Shown here one piece after another: positions 24,551 to 36,377 of a DNA stretch of 64,000 bases; the first letter of the stretch is position 1, and every line of letters begins with the position of its first letter. A program made the position numbers and the translations under genes. Location: NCBI GenBank assembly GCA_010093605.1, contig MU004197.1:310001-374000 (forward strand), in the 5' to 3' direction. Below the pieces are notes generated by a model, which saw only the letters and a program-made list of their open reading frames with translations, ran no database searches and was not told the origin of the DNA. The stretch is from Lophium mytilinum. Lineage: Eukaryota.

Positions 24551-25896
24551 ATGTCCGACTACGAGGATGAGATGGACGTTGACGCGCCCGCCATCGACGC
24601 CCCAGTCAAGTTCACCTCAGACAATACCAACTCGAAAGGGAAGAGAAGCGCTGCAAATCTACCAGTAGAAGCTGAAGACTCATTGCCATGGTACTTGTTC
24701 CTATCTCTACGTCGATGCTCTGGCTAATTGGCTTTTAGGGTAGAGAAATACAGACCAAATACTCTAGACGATGTGGAGGGCCACCAAGACATTCTGGCAA
24801 CCATCAACAAGTTTGTAGATACAAATGTGCGTCCGAAGGACTTTCTGTTTCGACAGTAGAAACAATTGCTAACAGGCCTCAGCGACTGCCTCATCTTTTA
24901 CTGTACGGACCCCCAGGAACGGGGAAGACATCGACAGTTCTCGCTCTCGCACGACGGATATACGGGACCAAGAACATGAGGCAGATGGTCTTGGAGCTGA
25001 ATGCTTCCGATGACAGAGGTATCGATGTTGTCCGGTACTGGCCATTCTACCACTACCCTTTGGGGATCCGGCTAATTGTTCATAGAGAACAAATCAAGAC
25101 CTTCAGCAGCACGAAACAAATCTTCTCCGCGGCACCCCAACCAGGTGACCATGTAACGCTTGCCACCTTCAAACTCATCATCCTCGACGAAGCGGACGCA
25201 ATGACATCTACCGCACAGATGGCTCTACGAAGGATCATGGAAAAATACACCGCAAACACCCGCTTTTGCATCATCGCAAACTATACCCACAAGCTCTCGC
25301 CCGCACTACTTTCCCGGTGTACACGATTCCGATTCTCTCCTCTCAAGGAACCTGACATCCGGCGGCTAGTGGACAAAGTCATAATCGAGGAGAACGTAAA
25401 CATCACACAGGATGCTACCGAATCTTTGGTCACATTGAGCAAAGGTGATATGCGGCGAGCTCTCAACGTTCTCCAAGCATGCCACGCTTCAAGCACCCCA
25501 TTACAGATCCCGGGCAAACCAGCGCCAGATCCCAAGACCATTGTCCGGGATCAGATCACGCAAACTACAATATACGAGTGTATTGCTGCACCTCACCCAG
25601 AAGATATCTACCGGATAATGGAGTTGCTCTTAACAACATCGGATGTCACGCAGTGTGTCAAGACAATCGGTTCGCTGAAAGCGGCAAAGGGTTTGGCATT
25701 AGCGGACATTCTAGCCGCGCTAGGAGAGGAGTTGGTCAAACGGGACGTTCCGACGCAAACCATGGTGATGTGGATGGAAGGACTTGCGGAAATCGAGTAC
25801 CGGCTGAGTGGTGGTGGAAGTGAGGCTATCCAGACGGGGGCAGCGATCGGGGTGGTGCGAACGGGTGTTGAATTGATGGCGAAAGGAAGAAAATGA
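24551..25896 (+). CDS. RFC3: Replication factor C small subunit (yeast Rfc3 type), 3 introns
   Basis: LPW|VEKYRP; LPHLLLYGPPGTGKTS; LELNASDDRGIDVV; LIILDEADAMT; LLSRCTRFRF. Confidence 0.93.
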
Positions 25897-26185
25897 AGGT
25901 TTGAAGCTTCTCAGGTGAACTTCAGCGTATGATATCCACGGATCTTTCATGGCGTCATGATTCGGTATCTCATTATGAGAGGTTCAATCAACCAAACTAA
26001 TATACATCTTACGTTATGAAGCTTTGCTGATGACGAGCTGAAGAGTATCCTAGGTGGACACTGCAACGTTTTCTTATTTCACGACGGCCCAAAAGATGGA
26101 TACTACTAACGGTCCGCTTGCAAGATACGATGTTCACTGCTCCTAAAACACTCAAGAAAATAAGTAAATACTACAGGTGCATCAC

Positions 26186-26306
26186 GTCCGGCACCAAGGA
26201 TCGAACTTGGGTCTTGTCAGGCGGGTCAACTTCTATCCACCTTATAGGTGGACCCGAAAAAATCCTCAAAACCTAACACCATGCTAACCAACTACACCAC
26301 ACCGGG
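26186..26306 (-). ncRNA. tRNA-like element copy 1 (121 nt; non-canonical anticodon arm)
   Basis: Minus strand CCCGGTG-TG-GTGTAGTTGGTTAGCAT...CCTGACA-AGAC-CCAAGTTCGATCCTTGG-TGCCGGA-C; A and B boxes; internal T6 run. Confidence 0.75.
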
Positions 26307-26481
26307 TTAGAGACCACGGTGGTATTGACAGGCTTATGTGCCCATGGCCAGATTTTGGGGGGGGGAGTACGTTCTTATCCTATTGTCGCGTAAACTGACT
26401 TTCCTTTTCTCACAGAATGTTAGCTAGCACAGCAATGCTTTGATGAACATGCAGAATGGCAAAAGAATAAGACTCGTGAAA

Positions 26482-26574
26482 GTCCGGCGCCAAGGATCGA
26501 ACTTGGGTCTTGTCAGGCGGATCCTGCAACAGGCTCCTATCCTGACATATTATAACCGACTAAACCACACCGGA
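26482..26574 (-). ncRNA. tRNA-like element copy 2 (93 nt; complete cloverleaf frame, no U33 anticodon loop)
   Basis: TCCGGTG/CGCCGGA acceptor, D arm, TGTCAGG/CCTGACA stem, AGAC variable loop, CCAAG-TTCGATC-CTTGG T arm. Confidence 0.8.
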
Positions 26575-26704
26575 TTAGACTTGCTGCTGAAAGACGAACC
26601 TCTTAAGCACATGACGATATGACAAGCGTTCGTTCACAGCCTTCATGATATACTATCAACGCTTTAGTCGAGGCCTCATGTGGCAGAAACTAGGGGTCGA
26701 AACA

Positions 26705-26798
26705 GTCCGGCGCCAAGGATCGAACTTGGGTCCTGTAGGCGGATGTGGTGGTCATCCGTAGGGACATATCTCATGCTAGCTAACTACACCACACCGGA
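26705..26798 (-). ncRNA. tRNA-like element copy 3 (94 nt)
   Basis: Acceptor and T arm identical to copy 2; internal hairpin CGGATG/CATCCG in place of the anticodon arm. Confidence 0.75.
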
Positions 26799-27268
26799 TT
26801 GGAGAGAGAGAGAAAAGATAACAGACTTGTATTCCCATAGGTATGGTTTCTGTGCTTAGTCGTTTCTTTAGTGTCCAAAACCTGCTATACGATATCTCTT
26901 CTAGTAGCCCCTAGTGGCGATTTGTTTCCGGGAGCGTGGTGAAAGTGGTTCGGTTCCAACAATAGTTTGTCCGAAGTCGTGTGCCTGAGTGCTTAGTTTG
27001 AACAGAATGGCAAGTGATCACCCCATTCAAACACAGTGGTATTCTTTCAAATCACCACAACTATCCTAGTATAGATATAAGTAAGTATCAAGCGGCTTTT
27101 CTTTCGCAATTCAATTAAACTATGTTTCCCTCGTAGATCTTGCTCTTGTGATTTTCTACATAAGCAGCCAGCCTTCCAGACCTGCAAGTATTGCCACAAC
27201 TGCTGAGGGGTTCCTGGTTTCCTCTTATTTCCAAAGGTCGTCCATTAGCTCAAGATTAAGATATTGAG

Positions 27269-28000
27269 ATGGCAGAAGACAGACTTGGACGTACCCTTCG
27301 CTCTCCTCCGGATCAGCCCAATGAGGATGACAAGCCCAAACATGGCATTGGCAAGAGACCTGCTCAGAACCCTCCAGGAAAGCCTGCAAAAAAGCGTGTC
27401 AGGAGGCGTTCCAGGAGGCCCGCGTCATTGAATGCTCATCCGGATGACAAATATGACAGGAGAAAGCGCGAAGAAGGTGTTGAGAATGGTTTACAAAAGG
27501 GAGACATCATCGAGACGGACCTACGCAGTCCTTTCGTTCGCTTCAGCGACCCGTGCTTCGATACCAAAGCGCTCGGAATGCAGAAGGCCGACGACAAAAT
27601 GGTCGGAGTGACGTGCAAAGCCGTCAAATGCTCTCGCGAGACCGCGCTCTATGTGTACGACGAACGACCATACACCTCCCCAGCCAAAGCAGCATTCATC
27701 CGTACCCATCTCTTCGCTCGCCTGCAGAAGATCAACTCTGCCGAGAATAAGAAAGAAAGGTACCTCCAGCGATCGCTAGCCCAGCAGGCTGATGAGTTGG
27801 TAACGTACCACACTCGCGACAATGGTACTCAACACTATGCCGATTTAAAGCCAGATGAGTCTGAAAAGTGGCACGAATGGGCAGTCTGGATTAGGACAGC
27901 CACGCGGTATGGCTTGATTCATAGAAAGGAAGACGGCTGCGAGTGCTGTAAGGTTGAGCTTCAGAAGAGGTGGCTCTATCCATGGTTGATGATGATTTAG
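27269..28000 (+). CDS. Orphan family paralogue A (243 aa, single exon)
   Basis: Basic NLS-like N-terminus (AKKRVRRRSRR); C-terminal CKAVKC...WAVWIRTATRYGLIH.....CECC. Confidence 0.8.
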   Translation: MAEDRLGRTLRSPPDQPNEDDKPKHGIGKRPAQNPPGKPAKKRVRRRSRRPASLNAHPDDKYDRRKREEGVENGLQKGDIIETDLRSPFVRFSDPCFDTKALGMQKADDKMVGVTCKAVKCSRETALYVYDERPYTSPAKAAFIRTHLFARLQKINSAENKKERYLQRSLAQQADELVTYHTRDNGTQHYADLKPDESEKWHEWAVWIRTATRYGLIHRKEDGCECCKVELQKRWLYPWLMMI

Positions 28001-28458
28001 ATAGTCTTCTTTGAAGGAATCTAGAGTCTTTTCCGTTCATTGTGGCAACTCTAGCGGGAATTTAAACAAGTAGATGAACTTCTGGATTTGGGCGGTATTT
28101 TGTTTCCAACTATTAGATGGTGATACAAGTTTGCTTGAACTATTCACACTATGGATGAGGGAATTCTCGGGGCGAGATGTGATGAATCTACTACCTCCTC
28201 CACTTCACTAGTCCCTAGTCTGGAAGAATCATCCGTCTGTGATGCCAAACCTCACAGCGTATCTATTGCATTGAACCTCAGGTATTACGCAAAATGTCTT
28301 TCTCTTCGATCTAACCGCAGTCACCGACATGCCCGAACCTCTGAAAACTTTGAAGGGATATCTCAAAACACCCATGCCGCAATTTAAACCCCAAACATCG
28401 CCTAACCTTAGCAGACTTGGCTCGAAACGCTAGAGATGTTCGCTTTCGCCTCCTCTTC

Positions 28459-29253
28459 TTACTCTCCGAAAGCCCGCTGGACCTGCTTTTGGAAAGATCC
28501 GTACCGCTCATCTGGGCGATGGAAGAGCCCCGAAGCAGCAGAATTCGCAATCCACTTTGCCCACTCTACATTCGCTCTGACAAAATTAGGATCAAAACCA
28601 CGGTACTCAATATCCAGGGTCTGCACCTCCTCCAAATACCCAGCTAAATAAGTGGAAATTTGGTCGATGGAAGGTATGTTTTGGTCGTTCTTGATGGCCT
28701 TAGCCGTCTCTATGTCATAAAAACGTTCTAGACCCTCCAGCATCCTGTTGCGATGAGCGAGGTTCGAGTTCGGAACGGTGGAGCGGAGTCTGGCGACTTC
28801 CTCCTCGCGACAGTGGTTCTCGCATTGCGTATCACCGGTATGAACGTCGAGTCCTTGCTTCGCAGCCTCGTTATGGGAACTTTGAGGTGGTGCCAAGGCG
28901 GTGAGCGTGTTGGTCTCAGCTGCAACCTATATTATACTTAATCAAATCAGCGCTAGACTCACTTTCATTCTCCCCGGGTACCGTAGAGTTAGATTCTCCA
29001 TCTTTTGCTCGGCATCATCGATGTTCTGAGCTAGAAAGTGCAAAAAGGGCTGGTAGCCTTACCTGGAGGCCTTGGGAGTTTGATCCTTTGGCTGATTTGT
29101 TAGTAGACTTGTTACTCTAATTGAGTGGATTGAAGCCTTGCCTTGCTCTTGTGCGGCCTTTTGCGCGGTTGATGGAATGCTCTTTTGATTTTGGTCGGCC
29201 TCTTTCTGCTTCTGAGTTCTTTTTGGGTCAACGCGGAGGCTGTAAGGTTTCAT
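28459..29253 (-). CDS. Orphan family paralogue B (spliced; internal exons uncertain)
   Basis: N-exon MKPYSLRVDPKRTQKQKEA; last exon CENHC..EVARL..LERFY..DIEYRGFD..WAKW..AASGLFH. Confidence 0.75.
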
Positions 29254-29762
29254 GGTGATAATCGCTTTGGTAAAGAGTTGGCTTCCTGGGAGGGTGTGGA
29301 GTGTGTGCTGATGCCGTTTCTGGCGATGATTGGCAGAGTTGATGGAAGATATCGCTTTGAGCAGCTTACACAGAAGACTCATATAGAGCCAGAGAACAAA
29401 CCTAAGTGGCGAACAGAATGTGTGTCCCCAAGCATGTGACAATTCCACACTGGTGCTCACGCTCACGAGCAAACTATCCACGGCGTCGAACTGACTTATG
29501 GTTTAGTGATTGTGGTCTGCGTGGCCGAAATTGTCCAAATAGCAGTATCACGGGCCTGGCTGGCTTTTCGCCTGATAAATCGAACTAGACTAATACTCTT
29601 TTCGCCAGTGCAATCAAGTGTACTCATTGTCTTTGCTACCATTGTGTGAGACAGAAAAGCGAAGCCGAAGTCAAGCCCCCCCCCCCACAGCTCAACAAAC
29701 GATAATGAAACCTCAAGAAAGAACCCAAACCTAGCAGCTCCACCCCATATCTGTCCTCGCTC

Positions 29763-30818
29763 TCACTCTCCGCAAGCTCGCTTCACCTGCTCTCGAAAGG
29801 ACCCGCACTGTTGATTCGGGCTATGAAATAGTCCAGCTGCTGCAGCGGTGGCCACCCACTTCGCCCACTTCAAACGACTTTCCACAAGGTCAGGGTCGAG
29901 GCCACGGAACTCGAGATCGAAGTACTTCATACTCTCTATGGAGCAGACTAGATCAGTGGCGATCTGTCTCGGAAGTAGCATGGGACTATTGTCGCTGGCG
30001 GTTTTGAAGAGCTGTTTCCGATAAAGGCGCTCCAGGTCATCGAGGAGATCATCACGCCGCTGGAGCACCGCGTCTGGTGCGGCTTCATGGAGTCTGGCGA
30101 TTTCGTCGTCCCTGCAATGAAGAACGCATTGGGTGTCGGAAAGTGTTAGCTGTCCTAACAAAATCGTTTGGAGGTCCTCGACATCAGGATAGGTTGTGCC
30201 ATCGTCATCCGCGACGGCATCATCGGTGGCACTGGAGTGAACTGTTCTTTTCGGAGTAGATGTCTCAGCATCCCCCATGGTGAAGTCTGTTTTGTCCATG
30301 TCCATGCGAGATGCATCCGCGCTTGTGGCCTGGGATTCCTCGGTCACCGAGCTTGAGTTCCGAGCTTGGAATAGGGTGATACTAGTGTCATCTTCATCCG
30401 CTACCTGAGAACCAAGGAATCAGCTTTCTTTTCACCCTCGAGCAACTCAGAGGTACTTACTGTGGTATCATCCACTCCTTGAACGGTATCGTCGACGTCC
30501 TGTGATGGAGTAATGTCACGAAACCCGGCGAAGTCGCGTGCTCGGGGTTCTCGAGAAGGTTGTATCTGTCCCAACATCTGAAACGATCATCAAGTTAGGA
30601 TTGGCTTTGATGAGACTCGGAAATACCCGCTTGCTCACCTGAAGAGTCCCATAGTTCGGAGCCTTGAGCAATTGATCACTGGCACTGCTAATCCAGCTGG
30701 TTGAAGTCTTCCCTGCAGAATTGCTAGACGTTCCGGTAGTAGCATCGATCGGCTTGTCCTCAGCTTCCTTGGCCTTTCGAGACTTCTCTGGCGAGCGGCG
30801 AAGATTGTATGGAGGCAT
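29763..30818 (-). CDS. Orphan family paralogue C (spliced)
   Basis: N-exon MPPYNLRRSPEKSRKAKEA; last exon CVLHC..EIARL..LERLY..DLEFRGLD..WAKW..AAAGLFH.P..QCGSFREQV. Confidence 0.8.
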
Positions 30819-30996
30819 GGTAGAATAAGCTTTGGTATATTGATGAGGCTTCGAGGTGTTATAGATTAAGAATGGGCTTGAATGTCGTTGGCGGTTAGTG
30901 AAGTAGGTGGGATGTAGACTCGAGGAAGTTACAGGGCTGTTTATATGGCAATCGATACAAACCAGAAAGGTGAATATAATATCTGCCCCCAGAAAA

Positions 30997-33900
30997 GGGG
31001 AGGGATAAGCGCACACCCCCTAATTCCTCCACGCACGCCCCCTAATTCCTCCACGCACACCCCCCTATTGTCTAATTATTTTACCACCTTCTAATTAGCT
31101 TGGATTACTGCTCCGGAGCCTCTAAGTGGCTCGCTTAGCTTACGTATAGTTTCTAAATGCCCACTCTATATACAGCGTAGCTATAAATAACTATATTCTT
31201 ATTCTATACCTCTATAATATACTTACTATAAACCTCCTACCGCCGCTATAGTAGTTCTATAACTTCTTAAAGAAAGCTAAGCATGCGCTTATAGAGCACG
31301 TAAAGGCGCATGGCTATAGCTTAGTAAAAACCTACTTAAAGAAGGATAAGAAGGGCCTAGAAGTAAAGAAAGTATAGTTTAAATACTACTTTAGAGGTAT
31401 AATAGAGCCTATAAACTATATATATAGTACCTCTACTAATAGAGTAGACTATAAGATAAATAGTATACTTACTTAGTAGCCTTCTAGCTTTAATAGTAAA
31501 TATATATAGCTATAGAAGATAATAAAGGCCTTTTATAATAACTATTCTACTCTACTTAAATTAATAGTAGTTGCATGTAATAGGAAGCGCTTAGTATTAA
31601 TAAACTAGCTTATTTAAGCTAATGTATTAAGCGGAATAAGGCCTATAGAGACGCACGTAAAGCTGCTTAAGAAGGGGGTAACTATTACTCTAATAGATAT
31701 TAGAAACGAGCGTATATAGTAGCGGAAGAAGCTTCTTAATAGCCTTACACCTATCTAGGCGCTCCTTAATATATTAGAAACCTCTATATTTCTAGCATCT
31801 AATAGCTATAATAGAAAGTATATATATAACTTTATAAAGGATAAGTAGAACTAGATTAAATACCTCTTCTTTATACACCTAGATTCTATTAAAATTCTCT
31901 AATTAAACTATAATATTATACTATTAGATTGCACCTATAAGACTAATAGATTTAGTATACCCTTTCTCTATATTACGGGCGTTACCTATATAAGTAATAA
32001 CTTTAAAATTAGTTACTATTTCCTTCTAAAAGAAAAGAAGATAAACTATAACTAGGTAGTATAGTAGCTCTTTAAGCTCTTTAAGTGCTATTCTATTATA
32101 CTATATATTTTTCTAATAGATAAAGAATAAGCTCTAAGAAACGCACTATATAAGTAATAGCCGAGAGTTCCGCGCCTTCTCTATATATAGTATATTAAAA
32201 AGAACATTATTACTAAGCTAGCTAAGGTATATAAGAAGGAACCTAAGTATACTATAGGTAGCGCGCTGCCTGCGCCTACGCCTATATTAGATAAAGAGAA
32301 GAAAGCTATTAAAAAGAAGAAATAAGAGAAAAGGGGCGCCTTTATTACCCGTTAGATAGCTATAATAAAGCTAGAAGTCCTAGCTTAATTTAAAGAGGCT
32401 TAGAATAAGCTACTTAATAACTATAAGAAGCGCCCTAATCTAGTAAAGTATATAGAGGATAAGTAGTAGCTATATAGATAGAATTAGGCTAGCTACTATA
32501 CTTATATAGCGCGGCACTTTAGTACTATATAAGTAATTTTTCTTAATACTAAGATATCTAAATTTAATGCCTAAACTTTACACGGGGTCTATATACATGC
32601 TAAATAAGTAGTACTAAAGAGAATAAAAGTATAGCTTAAAGAATAACTAAGAAATAAAGAAGTAGTAGAGGTATATAATACTAATTTAATTTCTTATAGT
32701 ATTATATTATAGAATAAGGGCGCGCACGGCTAGCTTAAGGGCTTTCTCTAGGTATTAACTAGCTATCTATTTAATATTCTCCTTAATATATAGAACCTTA
32801 TTCTTACTACTAAAGTAAAGTATAAGAACCTTAAGGTAGTATAGCACGCCCGAACTTATTATAAGGTTAATAAAAAGGAGTTCCGTAATCTTATTAAAAA
32901 GGTAACGCTGTAGACACTTATTTACCTTAAGAAGTAAATTAAAAAGGCGAAATTAAATAAATATAACCCGCGTAACTATACCTAGACTTTTACTTCTATC
33001 TATAGTATACTATGCGCTTATACTCTTTATAATTATCTATACTAAGCGGCTACTACTCTTTCTTCTTTAGATCTAGTGCTCTATATATAACTAGAAGAGA
33101 TAAATTACTATTAGTAGTTTATTTAGCCTAGAGTATATTAGCTAGCTATTTCTTTTAGCCCCTTTAATAAGGTACTTAATCCTGCTATTATTAAGTATTA
33201 TTAGGGCCGCCCTGCTATTATAAGAAGAGGTTATTATATATATAATAATACCTAGAGAGATCTATTAAGATTTAAGATTACTATAGGTATAGGTGCGGTA
33301 GCTAGACCTATAGGTATACCTATAGGACGCACGCTAACAGTTCTACTATTAAAACCGCCTAATTCTATAGCCCCCCGTCTACCTTCTATTACTTAGAGTG
33401 CTTCTTAGTTAGCTGCTATACTAGCTATTATAGATTTTAATAATTTACTTACTAATCTACCTAAGTTTAAGTATATAGTAATATATAGGCCCTTTTCTAT
33501 ACCCGCACCTATTACTATACCTATCGCCGCACCTATTACTATATTTAAGAAGCGTAGCCGGCCTCTTAGTTTAAAGAATAAAGTACTAAGGAAGAAGAGA
33601 GTAGTTATAGATTACTAGAATAGTGCTTATCCTAAGCCTTAGCTAGCTCCTTAGCCTTAGCTAGCTCCTTAGCCTTAAGCAGCGCTAGCGCTGCTTTCTA
33701 TTAAGAAGCTTTAATATTAAATAGCATTATATAATTAGTATATAGAGGGGTTAATAGATTAGAATAGCTAGGGAGGCGCGGCGGCAATATAGGGGGGCTA
33801 GGTTTAATGCGGAGAGGCTGTAATAAGGTAAGAATTTAACTATTTTAGTATACTTATAGGTATATAGGTATATAGATAGTAATATAATAGCCTATATATA

Positions 33901-34218
33901 CTATAGGAAATAGAAAGTATATATAGTAAAATAGGTATACTATATAGCCTTACTATAAGTACGGCCTTACGCACGGCCTATATATATAGCCTTATCTATA
34001 GCCTTATCTATAGCCTTACGCGCAGCTAAATATAGGCTGTTAGAAACGGTAAGAATGCACGATAAAATGGGAAGGCTGTGCAGCCTTACTATTTTAAGCG
34101 CCGGAGCAGTGATCCGAGCCCTCCGGGCTAATTAGAAGATTAGATGATAGGGGGGTGTGCGTGGAGGAATTAGGGGGCGTGCGTGGAGGAATTAGGGGGT
34201 GTGCGCTTATCCCTCCCC
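30997..34218 (+). mobile_element. Mutator (MULE) DNA transposon, full length, inactivated by RIP
   Basis: TIRs GGGGAGGGATAAGCGCAC... (about 72 bp perfect, imperfect further in); 8-9 bp TSD (c)ccagaaaa at both ends; residual transposase motif LLDCTYKTNRF..P at ~31921-31986; TpA-rich, stop-riddled interior. Confidence 0.93.
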
Positions 34219-34731
34219 CCAGAAAATGACTGCGTTAGTCGCAGGTTTTAGGTAGCAGGGGGCCGGGAGTCTTTTCCAGTGAATATGTATGCCCAGTCGA
34301 GGTCATGAGAGCGTGTTTCTAGTAAGTTGGTCGTATTTGCGAAGAAGCAGCTGCCTGTTTAACCGCGTTTGCATTGAAGTCATGGGATTTTCTCGTCTTT
34401 CCTACAAACCTGCGAAGCTACTGGTGCGCCGAGGTTGTAAGGGGGTACGCTATCACGTAGTAAGCTGTGAGGTCGCATTGGGAATGGCTGTCCAGTGACA
34501 CTTATCATTGGAAGTGGCGCAGAAAGGAGCTTTAAAACTGCTGCATTTCAGTCGAGATACCTCTCGTTCCTGTATTGAGTAAAAAATTGATAGCTTGACC
34601 CTTTTGATCGAAACTCGGAAGTAGATCGACCCAGACTCCTCACGAAAATGACAGTACCGCTCAGAAGCAAAACAGAACGTGATACTTCCACAGATACGAA
34701 CAATTTGCCTGACCTTGCTCTGAATCTGCTC

Positions 34732-35982
34732 TTATCGAACCTGGTCTCGAATGGAGACGCATTGCTCATTAGGATAATGAATCAGCCCACCTTCCGCCGC
34801 CTTCCATGCCCAATCCGCCCAAGCTAGACGAGCTTCCACGACAAGAGGATCAAGGTATCGGACCTCAATGTCTTCTTCCTTATGGTCTTTGCGGAATTTG
34901 AACAGATCTTCCGCGACTTCGCTCAAGGGAAGAATAGGTCGGCCCCGCTTTGCAGCCCTCTCTTTTTGTATGCAATACGCGCGGTCGAGATCGTCCAATG
35001 CACAGCCCCTGTATGAAAGACTTCTTGCCGGAGAAGCAGCATACAACCGAGCTGCCTCTTCTTTGGTGCAATGGTGGGGGCAAGGAGGTGCGGACTCTTC
35101 TGGTACCGCTGTTGCGGTTGGCGACTCGAAGTCCTCGCCTGGATATGGAACACTGTCTTCTTCCCCATACGAATCATCGATGACCCTGTCGTCCGGGAAC
35201 TTCCTTTTGAAGCGCAATTTTGCTGGAGCTGTTGGAGATTCCACGTCTTTATCCGCATAGACTGAGTCATCTGGTTCGAAATAGGTGTCATCGATGACCG
35301 TGCCGTCCGGGAATTTCCTCTTCGGTGGCAAGGCTACTGTTTCAATTGGAGCGGCGACACCCTCATTTGGGTCGTTGGGTTCGAAAACAGTTTCTTCAAT
35401 GACGCGGCTGTCATCTAGTGCTGTGAAGGACGGTGTGTCCAGAAGCGTTATTGGCGAGAGGTTAAGGGGGTGATCTCCTCCGTCTTTGTCCGTCGCTAGT
35501 TGTACTTCTGAGCCCTCTCCACCGAACGCTCGTCCAGATCGATGCCTTGATTTGACAGCCTGTGTATCTTGCTCTAGAGACGCCTGTAATTAAGTATATC
35601 AGCCATCTGCAGGCATTGCTCACGGTGCCAGCGGCAGCACTACATTGGGTACTCACAGTGGAAAAAGCTCTCGGAGTTTCTGTGCCGTCGCGACTCTCAG
35701 AGGGGAGCTTATCACGGAATCCAGGAATGTTACGAAATCGAAGCTTTCGCGAGTGTTCTCCATGGTCCAGAATCTAGGCTGTAGTGTCAGCGCGAAAAAA
35801 AAACTAGTTAACAATAGTAGAGGTCAATAATTCCCTACCTGTAATTTCCGAGCGTTCGGAAGTGGTTGACTTGGTTGAGATAACGGAGCATGCGCGGGAG
35901 CTTTGCCTTTTCTACGCTTCTTGGATGCCGGAGCTCTCACATCTTGGTCCTTTAGCTTTCGTGATCGAAGCTCAGGTGGCAT
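34732..35982 (-). CDS. Orphan family paralogue D (spliced)
   Basis: N-exon MPPELRSRK..SKKRRKGK; repeated VI(D/E)(D/E)(T/S) acidic units; CPHHC..EAARL..DIEVRYLD..WADW..AAEGGLIH.P..QCVSIRDQV. Confidence 0.8.
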
Positions 35983-36377
35983 GCTTGTGAGTACGAGGAC
36001 TATATAAAAAGTAGCGGGTAGTAAGCCTGCTAATCTAGTGATGTCGTGGGCTGGTTGCCGATGGTTGTCCGGTGGTGGGGGGCGTGAAGAATAAATAGAA
36101 AGCAACGAGAAGAGCGCCCTTTTCCATACGCGAGATATAAGCTTGGAACAATAAAATAGTACAGTAGCCCTGAAAATTTAAGTTCGTGAATGTCGAGCTA
36201 TCAACTTTACGAACGCAAGGAGTGAAGTATTGGAATAGTGTCTACTCTATGTTCATTAGGCGCACAAAGCCATGTAGTCACTGGTTGACCCAAATTCCCG
36301 CAAATAGCAAAACGCTGCCCCGCTTTAGACATCGCTAGAAACTCAGAAGAGATATTAAGTCCTTGGGCTTGCGAACC

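Noticed and set aside
26186..26798. Calling the elements tRNA-Pro/Gln/Asp/Glu with introns
   Set aside because: No register gives a 5-bp stem plus a 7-nt loop with U33 at canonical spacing, so no isotype was assigned
31010..31070. CRISPR-like short direct repeats
   Set aside because: Abutting subrepeats within the MULE TIR, no spacers, eukaryotic context
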